DNA from: an uncultured Clostridium sp.
Lineage (GTDB): Bacteria > Bacillota > Clostridia > TANB77 > CAG-465
Length of the DNA stretch: 64,000 bases
NCBI GenBank assembly: GCA_947361355.1
Contig: CANAIR010000005.1
Coordinates: forward strand, 21,762 to 85,761
Direction of reading: 5' to 3'
The position numbers and the translations under genes were made by a program. Shown in pieces: positions 50,339-60,933 of this stretch (positions within the stretch are counted from its first letter, which is position 1; each line of letters opens with the position of its first letter). The notes beneath the pieces are model-generated. The model ran no database searches, had not been told where the DNA came from, and saw only the letters and a program-made list of their open reading frames with translations.

Positions 50339-51358
50339 ATGAGTAACAAAGATTTATATATAAGAAGCAGTTCAGCAGAATTTTTAATATTTGAGCAACA
50401 AAAAAAGGAAAAAGGAATTGAAGTAAGGTTTGAAGTTGGAGATTTGTGGCTAACTCAAAAAGCAATGGCAAAATTATATGACTGTTCATCAGACAATATT
50501 GGATTACATTTAAAAAATATTTATAATGATTTAGAATTAGAGAGAAATTCAACTACCGAGGAATTCTCGGTAGTCCAAAAAGAAGGAAATAGAGAAGTAA
50601 AAAGAATTGTTAAATATTACAATTTAGATGCAGTAATTTCCGTTGGATATAGAGTAAGTACAGATAGAGCAATTCAATTTAGAAGATGGGCGACTAATGT
50701 TTTAAAGGAATTTTCAAAAAAAGGATATATTATAGATAAAAAAAGAATGGAAAATGGTACTTTTTTTGATGAAGATTATTATGATACATTGCTTGCAGAG
50801 ATTAGAGAAATAAGATTATCGTAAAGAAGATTTTATCAAAAAATTACAGATATATATGCAACATCTATTGATTATGAGAGAAAATCACCTACCACGATTA
50901 AATTTTTTAAAAAAGTGCAAAACAAGATGCACTATGCAGTAACTCATCAAACGGCAGCCGAGATTATTTATAATAGAGCAGACCATAAAAAAGACCATAT
51001 GAATTTAACATCATGGAAACATTCTCCAGATGGTAAGATATTAGAAACAGATGTAATTATAGCTAAAAATTATCTAAAGAAAGAAGAATTAGAACAGTTA
51101 GAACTTATTGTTTCAGCATTTTTAGATTTAGCAGAAGCAAGATCTAAAAGAAATATTCCAATGACTATGGAGGATTGGGCAAATAGAATAGATAAATATT
51201 TATTATCAGATGATAGAGATATATTAAAAGATGCAGGAAAAATATCACATGAAATTGCAGAAGAAAAAGCATTAGCAGAATTTGAAAAATATAGAGTAAT
51301 ACAAGATAGATTATATCAATCAGATTTTGACAAATTAATAAAAAGTAGTAATAAATAG
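50339..51358 (+). pseudogene. RhuM family protein interrupted by in-frame stop
   Basis: WLTQKAMA, YNLDAVISVGYRV, EIREIRLS*RRFYQKITDIYA; TAA at 50822-50824 where the family has Glu; frame continues. Confidence 0.85.
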
Positions 51359-51381
51359 TATAGAAAGGATATATAAGAAAA

Positions 51382-51637
51382 ATGAAGTGTTATATAAAGG
51401 ATTATCCAAGACCACAATTTGTAAGGAAAGATTGGAAAAGTTTAAATGGTGAATGGAATTTTATATTTGATGATAATGATGAAGGTGAAACAAAGAAATA
51501 TTTTAAAGATTTTCCAACTAATAGAAAAATAAATATATCAAAAGAATAATTACAGAACAGTAAAGTGATATTAAATTTTGAAGGTAGTGACTATAAAACA
51601 AAAGTATGGATTAATGGAAAGTATATAGGAGAAAATA
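51382..51637 (+). pseudogene. Glycoside hydrolase family 2 N-terminal fragment
   Basis: YPRPQFVR..W.SLNGEWNF.FDD, internal stop, then LNFEGSDY.TKVWING. Confidence 0.7.
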
Positions 51638-52510
51638 ATGAAATTAAATCAAAGAATATTTTGGATCAGTGTTATAGTATCAAGTATAACTTTAATAGTC
51701 AGTATTGTGCTTAACTTTTTTATTACAAAAACAGAAATAACAGAATTTATAAATGGAATTTTACTAAACATATTTGCTGGAACAATAGTATTAGTAATTA
51801 CTTCATTATATGAATATACAATTCAAAAAAGAGACTTATTAGAAAATATAATGTTACAATGCTTGAAAATTAGAGTTTTATTTGGAAAAATAAAATATTT
51901 TGATAATAGAGAGTATGTCACATTTGAACAATATTATAATTATTATAAAGATAAATTAAATGAAAAAGAACTTAAGCAATTGTATGATAATGATAAACAA
52001 AAATATGAGATAGAGCAGAAAAAAGACTTTGAAAAAATAATAGATACATATATAGAAATAGCCGATGGTGACTATAATGAATTTTGGAAATATTATGATC
52101 AACTGAAGTTTTTATTTAATTTTAAAGATAAAGAAAAGCATAAGTTATATTATGATTTGTTTTATTATATATATGATGAAAAAATTATAAAACAAGCACT
52201 AGAAAATACATTATATTCTTTATGTGTATATGATGGAGATAGATTAATAGGATATGGAAGAATTATAGGAGATAAAACAATTTTCTTGTATATTCAAGAT
52301 ATTATGGTAATTCCAGAATATCAAGGAAAGAAAATTGGAACAGGTATAATGACAGAATTGTTGAAACAGGTAAAAGAATACAAAAAGATAAATCCAAATA
52401 TAAGAACATATTTAGGAGCTAGTAAGGGAAAAGAAGATTTTTACAAGGAATTCGGATTTATATCAAGACCGAATGAAGAACTTGGAGCTGGAATGATACT
52501 AAAAAGTTAA
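51638..52510 (+). CDS. Chimeric ORF: membrane hypothetical N-part fused to GNAT C-part
   Basis: 2 TM N-terminus; from ~52170 LIGYGRIIGD...YIQDIMVIPEYQGKKIG...FYKEFGF. Confidence 0.65.
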   Translation: MKLNQRIFWISVIVSSITLIVSIVLNFFITKTEITEFINGILLNIFAGTIVLVITSLYEYTIQKRDLLENIMLQCLKIRVLFGKIKYFDNREYVTFEQYYNYYKDKLNEKELKQLYDNDKQKYEIEQKKDFEKIIDTYIEIADGDYNEFWKYYDQLKFLFNFKDKEKHKLYYDLFYYIYDEKIIKQALENTLYSLCVYDGDRLIGYGRIIGDKTIFLYIQDIMVIPEYQGKKIGTGIMTELLKQVKEYKKINPNIRTYLGASKGKEDFYKEFGFISRPNEELGAGMILKS

Positions 52511-52820
52511 TTATAAACAAATGAATCAAGATTAATCTCAATTAAATTTGGACTATAAAATTTTTAGAAATTATGGTAATATATAGAGTGAATAAATGTG
52601 TATTATAACTTTAGCGAATATATATAGGATAGATATTATTCAAAATTTAATAAAGAGAATATATTAGAAAAATATAATAAGAAAACTAATGAACATATGT
52701 CTGAAATTTTAAATGAGTTTTCGTATATTTTTCATTATATTCTTAATACTAGACTATGTTATTATTGGAATGAGAAAGTAAGAAAATGCACAACGTTTTA
52801 ATACATAAAAAATAATTAAG

Positions 52821-53318
52821 GTGGAAGAGAAAATGGAATTTAAATTAGTAAAAGTAGAAGAAAAAGATAAAAATGTAATATATAATTTGATGCAATTATA
52901 TACATATGAACTTAGTTTCTTTGAAGATGAAACTGCAACATTTACAATGCTAGATTCTGGATTATATGTAATGAATAAATATGTTGAAAGATACTGGCAA
53001 GAAGTAAATAGACATCCATATATATTAAAATGTGATAATGAATTAGCAGGTTTTGTTTTACAAAGATTTAATGAAGAAAATATGAATGAAATAGCTGAAT
53101 TTTTTATTCTTAATAAGTATAGAAAAATGGGAGCGGGTACGTTTATGGCAAATAAAATGTTTGAGTTATATAAAGGAAAATGGGAAGTTAGAACATTAAT
53201 AAAAAATGAAAAAGCTCAGAAATTTTGGAGAAACACTATAAGAAATTTTACAAATAATAATTTTGAAGAAAAATATATTAGAAACAATTCAAGGCTAGCA
53301 TTCTATTTTGAAAGTTAA
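52821..53318 (+). CDS. GNAT family acetyltransferase
   Basis: NLMQLYTYE, IAEFFIL.KYRKMGAG, N..AQKFW. Confidence 0.85.
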   Translation: MEEKMEFKLVKVEEKDKNVIYNLMQLYTYELSFFEDETATFTMLDSGLYVMNKYVERYWQEVNRHPYILKCDNELAGFVLQRFNEENMNEIAEFFILNKYRKMGAGTFMANKMFELYKGKWEVRTLIKNEKAQKFWRNTIRNFTNNNFEEKYIRNNSRLAFYFES

Positions 53319-53738
53319 AAATTAAATATGTCGGAAACTTTCGTAAATTCTAAATCATTTACGAAAGTTTCCAACAAAAAACTGTAGCTTATATATTTCT
53401 ATATAAGCTATATTCTAAATCATAACTGCTCACCAAAATGAGCCTTCTCAGTCATCTAATTAAATAGATTTCCTATTAATTAAATGATACTATATTTTTA
53501 TATAAAAATCAAAAATTTTATGCAAAAATTCTGAAAAATCATTTGAAAATGGAGACAGAAAATAGAGCGTTACACATCTTCTGTATACATCAAAGATAGG
53601 ACTTTAATAGTTAATAAGGGAATAAAAAATTAAGAAAAAAACTAAATTATTATAGATCTAAAAATATTTGACAAGTTTACTATATAAATTTATTTATTTT
53701 TATACATTTATGATATAATAAAGCATAAGGAGAGAAAA

Positions 53739-54440
53739 ATGAAAAAAGAACATGTATATAAACATTTTGTAATAACAAGATTTAATATTAGAGCTAATTA
53801 TGAATGTACATTAAAAAATCCAGATGACAATCCAATGAAAAAAATATTAGATGAAGATTATTTGAAAGAAAGATTTAGTATTTTTGAAAAATATACATTG
53901 CCGTCAATGAAACAACAAACAAACCAAAATTTTACATGGCTTATTTTATTCCATAAAAATACACCTGATAGTTTTAAAAGGAAAATAAAAAAATTAAAGA
54001 GAAAATTTAATTTTATAGATTTATATTTTGGAGATGAAGAAAAATTTGATTTTGCAGAATATTGCAATACACAAGAGGAAGATATGGAATATACCATTAC
54101 AACAAGAATAGATAATGATGATATGTTTTCTGCTGACTATATAGATAAAATACAGGAGTATGCCAAAAATAACTTGCATGATTGTGTCTTGTCTTTTAGT
54201 AAAGGAATAAAGTATGATTTAGATTCTAAAAAGAAATATGCGTATGAAAGAAAAGATAATCACTTTTTATCTATGATAAGTTCGAAACAAAAATGTATAT
54301 TACAATATAATCATGCTAAAATTTTTAGTAGTGGAGAAAAAGTAATAATGTTAGATTCAGATAAACCTATGTGGACTGAAATAATACATGATTCTAATGT
54401 TATAAATAGAATAAAGGATGAAGATAAAGAGATAAAATAG
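53739..54440 (+). CDS. Putative glycosyltransferase (rhamnosyltransferase-like)
   Basis: ITRFN, R...FEKYTLPS...QT..NF.W, TTRIDNDD. Confidence 0.75.
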   Translation: MKKEHVYKHFVITRFNIRANYECTLKNPDDNPMKKILDEDYLKERFSIFEKYTLPSMKQQTNQNFTWLILFHKNTPDSFKRKIKKLKRKFNFIDLYFGDEEKFDFAEYCNTQEEDMEYTITTRIDNDDMFSADYIDKIQEYAKNNLHDCVLSFSKGIKYDLDSKKKYAYERKDNHFLSMISSKQKCILQYNHAKIFSSGEKVIMLDSDKPMWTEIIHDSNVINRIKDEDKEIK

Positions 54441-54533
54441 TAAAAAATAATGAAACTAATAAAAAAGTAATTTGTGATAAGAAGCTAGTAATAAAATGAT
54501 AGGTTTATTAATGCTTAGAAGGGATGTATATTT

Positions 54534-55457
54534 ATGTTATTTAAAAAACAAAAAAGTGAACCAAAAACAGACAAAAAAAGAGAAATTGATTTTATTTTAC
54601 CATTATATCTAAATCAAAGAATAGTATATGATATATTAGCTATAAAGAATGATGGATTTACAGAGTTTTATGAGATAATGGATAAAAAAGAAGAAAATAA
54701 TGAATTTGGATCTAAAGTTAATGCAAATTTTGGAACTAATAATGAATTTTCTTTAATAAAAGCTGGAGTTTATGGGGAGTTAGAAACAAATATAACAAAT
54801 GATAAAGATAATGAAAAGAAATATAAAAGAACACATACACCAACATCGTTATTTATGCAGGTATATCAATATTTATGTGATAATCAAAAAATTATAAAAT
54901 TAGATAATAAAGAAAAACTTAAAAAGATATCTAGTGGAGATTTTGTTGAGATAAAATCTTATATCGAAATAAATACTATTGTTGAATTTTTTGAAACATT
55001 TAGTAAAGTTATAGATATCACAGAGGCTTTTTCGAGTTTTGCATATATTGGTAATGAAAAATCACTTAAAAATAATAGTTCGCTTTCACAATTAAAAAGA
55101 CCTGTAAATAATGTTATTAAAGTATTAGAAACTGAAAATGATAAAGTAAAATATGGAATTTGTAAATTAGGAGACATTGATATAGTATTAAAGTTGAATA
55201 AGGACTATTTTATAAATAGTGATTATTCAGAAATTAGAAATGGTGAATTTAGAATAATTGGCAAAATTATGGAAATAGTACCAGAAGGTGAAAAAGTATT
55301 ATTGAACAGAGAAAATGCTGTTGGATTATATGATCCAAGAATGTTTGAACAAGTGAGAGATTCATTAAGAAATATTCCCAATATAAATATAAAAGAATTT
55401 AAAGATGAAGTAGAAGGAGAAACTTGTATTATTATGCCAATAGCAATTGGTATATAA
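54534..55457 (+). CDS. Hypothetical protein (DUF6414-like)
   Basis: PLYLNQRIVYD.LA...DGF, HTPTSLF, GDFVE, PIAI. Confidence 0.6.
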   Translation: MLFKKQKSEPKTDKKREIDFILPLYLNQRIVYDILAIKNDGFTEFYEIMDKKEENNEFGSKVNANFGTNNEFSLIKAGVYGELETNITNDKDNEKKYKRTHTPTSLFMQVYQYLCDNQKIIKLDNKEKLKKISSGDFVEIKSYIEINTIVEFFETFSKVIDITEAFSSFAYIGNEKSLKNNSSLSQLKRPVNNVIKVLETENDKVKYGICKLGDIDIVLKLNKDYFINSDYSEIRNGEFRIIGKIMEIVPEGEKVLLNRENAVGLYDPRMFEQVRDSLRNIPNINIKEFKDEVEGETCIIMPIAIGI

Positions 55458-55537
55458 ATACTTAAAGTTGTTTACTTAAATTTTACTTTAATAATTGAAT
55501 TTTTTTAGTTAAAAAGTATAAACAGGAGAAAAAGATT

Positions 55538-56176
55538 ATGTTAGAAAATAGTAAAGATTATTGGAATAATAAATATTGGAAGGAAAATATAAATAATAAC
55601 AAGACAGATTTTTTAAAAGATAATTGGATGGAGAAGTATAAAGAAATAATTGTGGATAGAAGTTTGAAAAAGGCTATTGATTTAGGGTGTGGGATAGGAC
55701 AAGATACTAAATGGTTGATTGATAATGACTTTGATGTTGTATCTTGTGACATTTCGGATATAGCTTTAAGTAGATTAAAAGAAATGATTCCAAATAGTAA
55801 AACTATGCAAATTGATGTTAAGAAAAAATTACCATTTGAACATAATTCAATCGATTTAATTAATGCTAATTTGTCACTTCATTATTTTAATTTAGAAGAC
55901 ACTATAAAAATATTTAATGAAATATATAGAGTTTTGAGACCAGGTGGTCTATTTATTGGTAGAATGAATTCAGATAAAAATGAAGAATATGTAAAAGAAA
56001 CGACAAAAGAAATCGAAAAAAATTATTATTATGATTATGGTAAATATTATAGGCTATTTAATAAAGAGCAATTTGATATTTTAACTAAGGGATGGAATAT
56101 TATAATTTTAAATGAAAATGTAACTGTTAGAGTAGATAGAAAAAAAGCCTTGTGGGAATTTATATTAAAAAAATAG
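55538..56176 (+). CDS. Class I SAM-dependent methyltransferase
   Basis: IDLGCGIG, DIS, LSLHYF, RVLRPGG. Confidence 0.9.
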   Translation: MLENSKDYWNNKYWKENINNNKTDFLKDNWMEKYKEIIVDRSLKKAIDLGCGIGQDTKWLIDNDFDVVSCDISDIALSRLKEMIPNSKTMQIDVKKKLPFEHNSIDLINANLSLHYFNLEDTIKIFNEIYRVLRPGGLFIGRMNSDKNEEYVKETTKEIEKNYYYDYGKYYRLFNKEQFDILTKGWNIIILNENVTVRVDRKKALWEFILKK

Positions 56177-56215
56177 AGATGCTAAATATTTTAGTTAAGT
56201 TATAGGAGAAATGCT

Positions 56216-57193
56216 ATGTTAAAATTAATTTTGTTATTTTTGAAATCACACGCTATTGCAACTGGAGTAATTACAACTGTGATAGTAGGTTCAGCTGGTA
56301 TAGGTATACCAATAGCAATTGAAAGCTATAATCTAGATAAAAATGTAAAAGAAAATTTAAGTTTACTTGAAAAAAAAGAAAATATACTAAACAATGAATC
56401 AAAAAAAGATGAAATAGATGGTGAAAATAATATCTATTTAGATAAAAATGAGCCACTTACATTTAAAATAGAAAAAGTTACAGAAAAGATAGAAAATGTT
56501 AACACTAGTATAACTATGGAAGGTACACAACCAATAATAGAAGATCAAGTTGTACAAAAATATAAAATTGTTCCAAATCATTATAAAGATCCGTCTAAAT
56601 GGACAAAAAAAGATAAAGAGGCTTATTCTAAAGCAGTAGCAGAAGTTGCAAGGATTGTAGAAGAAGAGTATAAGAAACAAGTATATTCAGAGGAACAAAC
56701 TATGGTTGATATTCAAAATGATTTAATTAACATTGAAAAATCTTATTCTAAAGATTATACTTTATCTAGTTATAGCGCAAATGTGAAATTTTCTCAAAAT
56801 ATAAAATATAACACATATAAAAAAGGCTATCTATGTTCTGGAGAAGGAATAGATATAGATAGATATAAAGTAGATAAATATGGACACATATCTAAAGACG
56901 ATTTTAGAAATACAATATATCCAACTTTAAAAGCAAAATTAGAAGAAATAAAAAATTTAGAAATAGGCTTTGAAAAAGAGAATAATGAAAAATTAAAAGA
57001 AGATTTTCGTATTAGTACAGAACAATTTTATAAACAAAAAGGTATTGCATATAATTGGAATCCAAATGGTGAATATGAAAGTCAAAATTTAAAGTCAATG
57101 GAAGAAGAAATGAATAATCAAGTGGTTAACATTGAAAAACATTTTGAATCACAAAAAATAGTATTAGATGAAATTTATCATTTATCTGATTAA
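56216..57193 (+). CDS. Membrane-anchored hypothetical protein
   Basis: 325-aa ORF, hydrophobic N-terminus, charged helical body. Confidence 0.65.
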   Translation: MLKLILLFLKSHAIATGVITTVIVGSAGIGIPIAIESYNLDKNVKENLSLLEKKENILNNESKKDEIDGENNIYLDKNEPLTFKIEKVTEKIENVNTSITMEGTQPIIEDQVVQKYKIVPNHYKDPSKWTKKDKEAYSKAVAEVARIVEEEYKKQVYSEEQTMVDIQNDLINIEKSYSKDYTLSSYSANVKFSQNIKYNTYKKGYLCSGEGIDIDRYKVDKYGHISKDDFRNTIYPTLKAKLEEIKNLEIGFEKENNEKLKEDFRISTEQFYKQKGIAYNWNPNGEYESQNLKSMEEEMNNQVVNIEKHFESQKIVLDEIYHLSD

Positions 57194-57198
57194 AATAA

Positions 57199-57864
57199 AT
57201 GAAAAAGGAGAAAAAAATGGATATTGAAAAAATAGAGAATATACTAAAATTTTATCTATTAGTATCACAGTTAAAAGATAAAATTAGAAGTGGATGGAAA
57301 GTTTGGAACATTGAAAGAGATAGAGTAGAAAGTGTTGCAGAACATATTTATGGTACATGTATGTTAGCAATAGCAATTGATTCAGAATTTAAGCTAGATA
57401 TTGATATATATAAGGTTGTAATGATTCTTGTAATACATGAAATAGAGGAAATAAAAATAGGTGACCTTACTCCTTTTGATAAAGTGACAAAAGAAGAAAA
57501 AAGAAATTTAGGAAAAAAAGCAGTAGAAGAAATATTAGCTTCCTTAACTGATAAAGCAAAATATATTGATTTAATTGAAGAATTTGAAAAAATGGAAACA
57601 AAAGAAGCAAAATTTGCTAAAATGTGTGATAAGCTAGAAGCAAATATTCAATGTAAGATATATTGTGAGGAAAATTGTTTAGATATAAATAAAAAGGAAA
57701 ATGAATATTTATTAGAAGACGTAAGGATACAAAAATTATTAAAAAAAGGTGAAAAAACAATTGCTGATTTGTTTATTGAAAACGATAAACCAAAGTATAC
57801 AGAAAAAGTATTTGAAGACATTGCAAATTATATAAAAGAAAAAAGACTACTAGAAAATAAATAG
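57199..57864 (+). CDS. HD-domain hydrolase (YfbR/HDDC2-like)
   Basis: LK...RSGW, ESVAEH, HE.EE...GD.TP, DKLEA. Confidence 0.85.
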   Translation: MKKEKKMDIEKIENILKFYLLVSQLKDKIRSGWKVWNIERDRVESVAEHIYGTCMLAIAIDSEFKLDIDIYKVVMILVIHEIEEIKIGDLTPFDKVTKEEKRNLGKKAVEEILASLTDKAKYIDLIEEFEKMETKEAKFAKMCDKLEANIQCKIYCEENCLDINKKENEYLLEDVRIQKLLKKGEKTIADLFIENDKPKYTEKVFEDIANYIKEKRLLENK

Positions 57865-57970
57865 TAAAAAACTTATATTAACTTTATATTTTATAATAAA
57901 TTTTATAGAAATTTAATTAGTATTATGATATACTTGTTATATTAAATTTATTATTATAAAGGAGGAATAT

Positions 57971-58279
57971 ATGAACGAAAAAATATATACGATTGATGAA
58001 ATAAAAGAAAAATTGAAAGAAATTTTAAAAGAACAACCAGTATATAAAGTTATTTTATTTGGTTCGTATGCTAAAAATAAGGCCACAAAAAGTAGTGATA
58101 TAGATTTAATTATAGATACAAAAAGTAAATTAAAAGGATTTGCATTTTTAAAATTAATATATCAAATTCAAGAACAGTTAAAAAAGGAAATAGATGGTTT
58201 TGAAATATATGAAATTATAAATGACTCATTGCTAGATAAGGAAATAAAAAAAACAGGGGTGATTGTTTATGAAAAATAA
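57971..58279 (+). CDS. Minimal nucleotidyltransferase (MntA-like antitoxin)
   Basis: LFGSYAK...SDIDL. Confidence 0.9.
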   Translation: MNEKIYTIDEIKEKLKEILKEQPVYKVILFGSYAKNKATKSSDIDLIIDTKSKLKGFAFLKLIYQIQEQLKKEIDGFEIYEIINDSLLDKEIKKTGVIVYEK

Positions 58280-58613
58280 GGAATATATTTCAATTAAAAA
58301 AATGGTTGAATACATTGATAAATCTTTAAGGTATACTAAAGATTGCAATTTTAAAGAATTTTCAAGCAATGAAGAAAAAATAGATGCTACAATATTTGCA
58401 ATTAGTCAAGTGGGTGAATTAGTTAAAAATGTTAGTATTGAAACAATGGAAAAATATAATAATATTGAATGGATTATAATAAAAAACTTAAGAAACAAAA
58501 TAGTACATGATTATGAAGGCTTAAATTTAAATCTTATATGGGATATTATTACAGAAGATATTTTAAAATTAAGAAAAGATTTAGAAAAAATTATAAATGA
58601 AAATACAGTTTAA
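58263..58613 (+). CDS. HEPN/DUF86 ribonuclease toxin (HepT-like)
   Basis: QVGE, W..IKNLRNKIVHDY (R-X4-H); overlaps MNT gene. Confidence 0.9.
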   Translation: MFMKNKEYISIKKMVEYIDKSLRYTKDCNFKEFSSNEEKIDATIFAISQVGELVKNVSIETMEKYNNIEWIIIKNLRNKIVHDYEGLNLNLIWDIITEDILKLRKDLEKIINENTV

Positions 58614-58663
58614 TACTAATAATTTTATTAGTATTATGATATACTTGTTATATAAAAGAAAGG

Positions 58664-59551
58664 ATGATTAATATGGAAAAAGCAAAAGTATATTTTACAA
58701 GGAATATAACTCCAGAAAATGTTGTAAAAATGTTTGAAAAGTTAGGAAAAGATTTACCTGGTAAGGTAGCGGTCAAAGTGCACTCAGGTGAAAAAGGAAA
58801 TCAAAATTATTTAAGAGCTGAATTTATGAAACCTATTATTGAAAAAGTAAATGGTACAATAGTAGAATGTAATACTGCATATGATGGGGCAAGAGATACA
58901 ACTGAAAAACATATAAAGCTTATGGAAGAACATGATTGGACAAAATATTTCAATGTAGATATAATGGATGCAGAGGGGGAAGATAAAGTATTAGAAATTC
59001 CAGATGGTAAAGTAATAAAGAAAAATTATGTAGGAAAAAATATAGACAATTATGATTCAATGTTAGTAGTTTCACATTTTAAAGGTCATCCTATGGGAGG
59101 ATATGGCGGTGCTATAAAACAATTATCTATTGGGGTAGCATCAGGTAAAGGAAAAAGATATATTCATTGTACTGGAAGTGAAAATGGAACATTTGAAGAC
59201 ATGTTTAAAGTAGATCAAATAAAATTTTTAGAAGCAATGGCAGATAGCGCATCTTCAGTTGTCAAACACTTTAAAGAAAATATGGCATTTGTAAATATTA
59301 TGTGCAATATGTCAGTTGATTGCGATTGTTGTGCAGTTGCAGAAGATCCATGTATGAAAGATATTGGAATACTTGCTTCTTTAGATCCTGTTGCAATTGA
59401 TAAGGCTTGTATAGATTTAGTTAAAAATTCAAATGATGAAGGAAAAGAACATTTGCTACAAAGAATAAATTCAAAACATGGAACACATACAATTGATGCT
59501 TCTGCAGATTTAGGATTTGGAACAAAAGAATATGAGTTGATTGAAGTTTAA
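58664..59551 (+). CDS. DUF362 family Fe-S protein
   Basis: VKVHSGE, SHFKGH..GGYGGAIK, CDC, DPVAIDKA. Confidence 0.85.
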   Translation: MINMEKAKVYFTRNITPENVVKMFEKLGKDLPGKVAVKVHSGEKGNQNYLRAEFMKPIIEKVNGTIVECNTAYDGARDTTEKHIKLMEEHDWTKYFNVDIMDAEGEDKVLEIPDGKVIKKNYVGKNIDNYDSMLVVSHFKGHPMGGYGGAIKQLSIGVASGKGKRYIHCTGSENGTFEDMFKVDQIKFLEAMADSASSVVKHFKENMAFVNIMCNMSVDCDCCAVAEDPCMKDIGILASLDPVAIDKACIDLVKNSNDEGKEHLLQRINSKHGTHTIDASADLGFGTKEYELIEV

Positions 59552-59665
59552 AAACAAAAATTCATAGGGCTAAAAAGCTTTATGAATTTTTTGTATAAAT
59601 TTGAAATTTTATATAATTAATGATAAAATATATAACTAAAGATAAAAAATAAAAAAGGAGAAAAA

Positions 59666-60322
59666 ATGAATTTAGAAGATTTAAAAGTAGAATATGATAA
59701 ATTACAACTAAAATATGGAGATAGTAATTTGGATTCTATATACAATGGTGGATGCACAAAAAATCCAGATATTTGTTTTGTCTTTATGAATCCTACTGGA
59801 AGAAACGTTGCAGCTTCAAAGGAATGGAAAGGCATAAAATCTCCATGGCTTGGTACTAAAAATATATGGGACTTATTTATAGCGACTAATTTAATTGATG
59901 AAAAAATATATGAAAAGATAAAAAAATTAAAACCTAGTGACTGGAATGAGAAATTTGCAAAAGATGTTTATCAAAGTGTAGAAAATCATAATTATTTTAT
60001 AACTAATTTAGGAAAATGCACTCAAATTGATGCAAGGCCTTTACCTGATAGCGTGTATGAAAATTATTTAGATTTATTAAAAAAAGAAATAGAAATTGTA
60101 GATCCTAAAGTTGTAGTATTATTTGGAAATCAAGTAAGTAAACTTGTCTTAGATGAAAAAATATCTGTATCTCAGTGCAGAAAGAAAAAATTCGTAAGAA
60201 ATATTAATGGAAAAGAATATAAATTTTACTCGGTGTTTTATCCAGTAGGAAATGGAAGATTTAATATAGATAAATCAATTGAGGACATAAATTGGATTAT
60301 AGAAAATGAATTAGATAAGTAA
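59666..60322 (+). CDS. Uracil-DNA glycosylase superfamily protein
   Basis: FITNLGKC, EIEIVDPKVVVLFG. Confidence 0.7.
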   Translation: MNLEDLKVEYDKLQLKYGDSNLDSIYNGGCTKNPDICFVFMNPTGRNVAASKEWKGIKSPWLGTKNIWDLFIATNLIDEKIYEKIKKLKPSDWNEKFAKDVYQSVENHNYFITNLGKCTQIDARPLPDSVYENYLDLLKKEIEIVDPKVVVLFGNQVSKLVLDEKISVSQCRKKKFVRNINGKEYKFYSVFYPVGNGRFNIDKSIEDINWIIENELDK

Positions 60323-60343
60323 AAAATGAAAGGATGAATTTGT

Positions 60344-60814
60344 ATGTTAGATAAATTAAAAGATAAATATGTATTTTTTGATGTTGATGGAACATTATCA
60401 GAATATAGATATAATGATATATTGTATGGTGGTAGAGATTATGAACTGGGTTGTCAATCACTAGAAAATTTGTTATTTGATAATTTGTTTTATACAGCAA
60501 GACCGCTTAAAACTATGCAAAATATAATTAAAAATTTAGATAGTAACAAAATGTTTATATTAGGAGCAGCAGCTACAAATAATGAAATAAATCAAAAGTA
60601 TAAATGGCTTGAAAAAAATTATCCAAATATAAAAAAGGAACATATTATATTTATATGCTCTACAATGTTAAAACCAGAAGTAATATTAGCGTATTCAAAA
60701 AAGTTAAATATAGACTTAAATGATATAGTTTTTGTTGATGATAGATTAGATGTTTTAAGAAAAGCAGAGACTCTAGGAATAACTTCATATCATCCAAGTT
60801 CATTTGTAGAATAA
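60344..60814 (+). CDS. HAD family hydrolase
   Basis: FFDVDGTL, K-P, FVDD. Confidence 0.8.
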   Translation: MLDKLKDKYVFFDVDGTLSEYRYNDILYGGRDYELGCQSLENLLFDNLFYTARPLKTMQNIIKNLDSNKMFILGAAATNNEINQKYKWLEKNYPNIKKEHIIFICSTMLKPEVILAYSKKLNIDLNDIVFVDDRLDVLRKAETLGITSYHPSSFVE

Positions 60815-60933
60815 AAAATTGAATAAAATTAAGGCTTTATAAAAAATTATGAAATGCAGAATATATTAGAATTAATCAAGTTATTTTATTTTAGCAATTT
60901 TATAACATATAAGATAGGTTTGGAGAAGATAAA

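Larger units (their letters stand above)
57916..58653 (+). repeat. 27-bp perfect direct repeats flanking TA pair
   Basis: attagtattatgatatacttgttatat at 57916-57942 and 58627-58653. Confidence 0.85.

Noticed and set aside
50822..50824. Stop-codon reassignment or readthrough in rhuM
   Set aside because: TAA terminates most other genes here; a single G-to-T nonsense change in a decaying region is simpler.
53330..53375. Inverted repeat ggaaactttcgtaaat...atttacgaaagtttcc as a MITE end
   Set aside because: Directly follows a stop codon and occurs once; best explained as a terminator.
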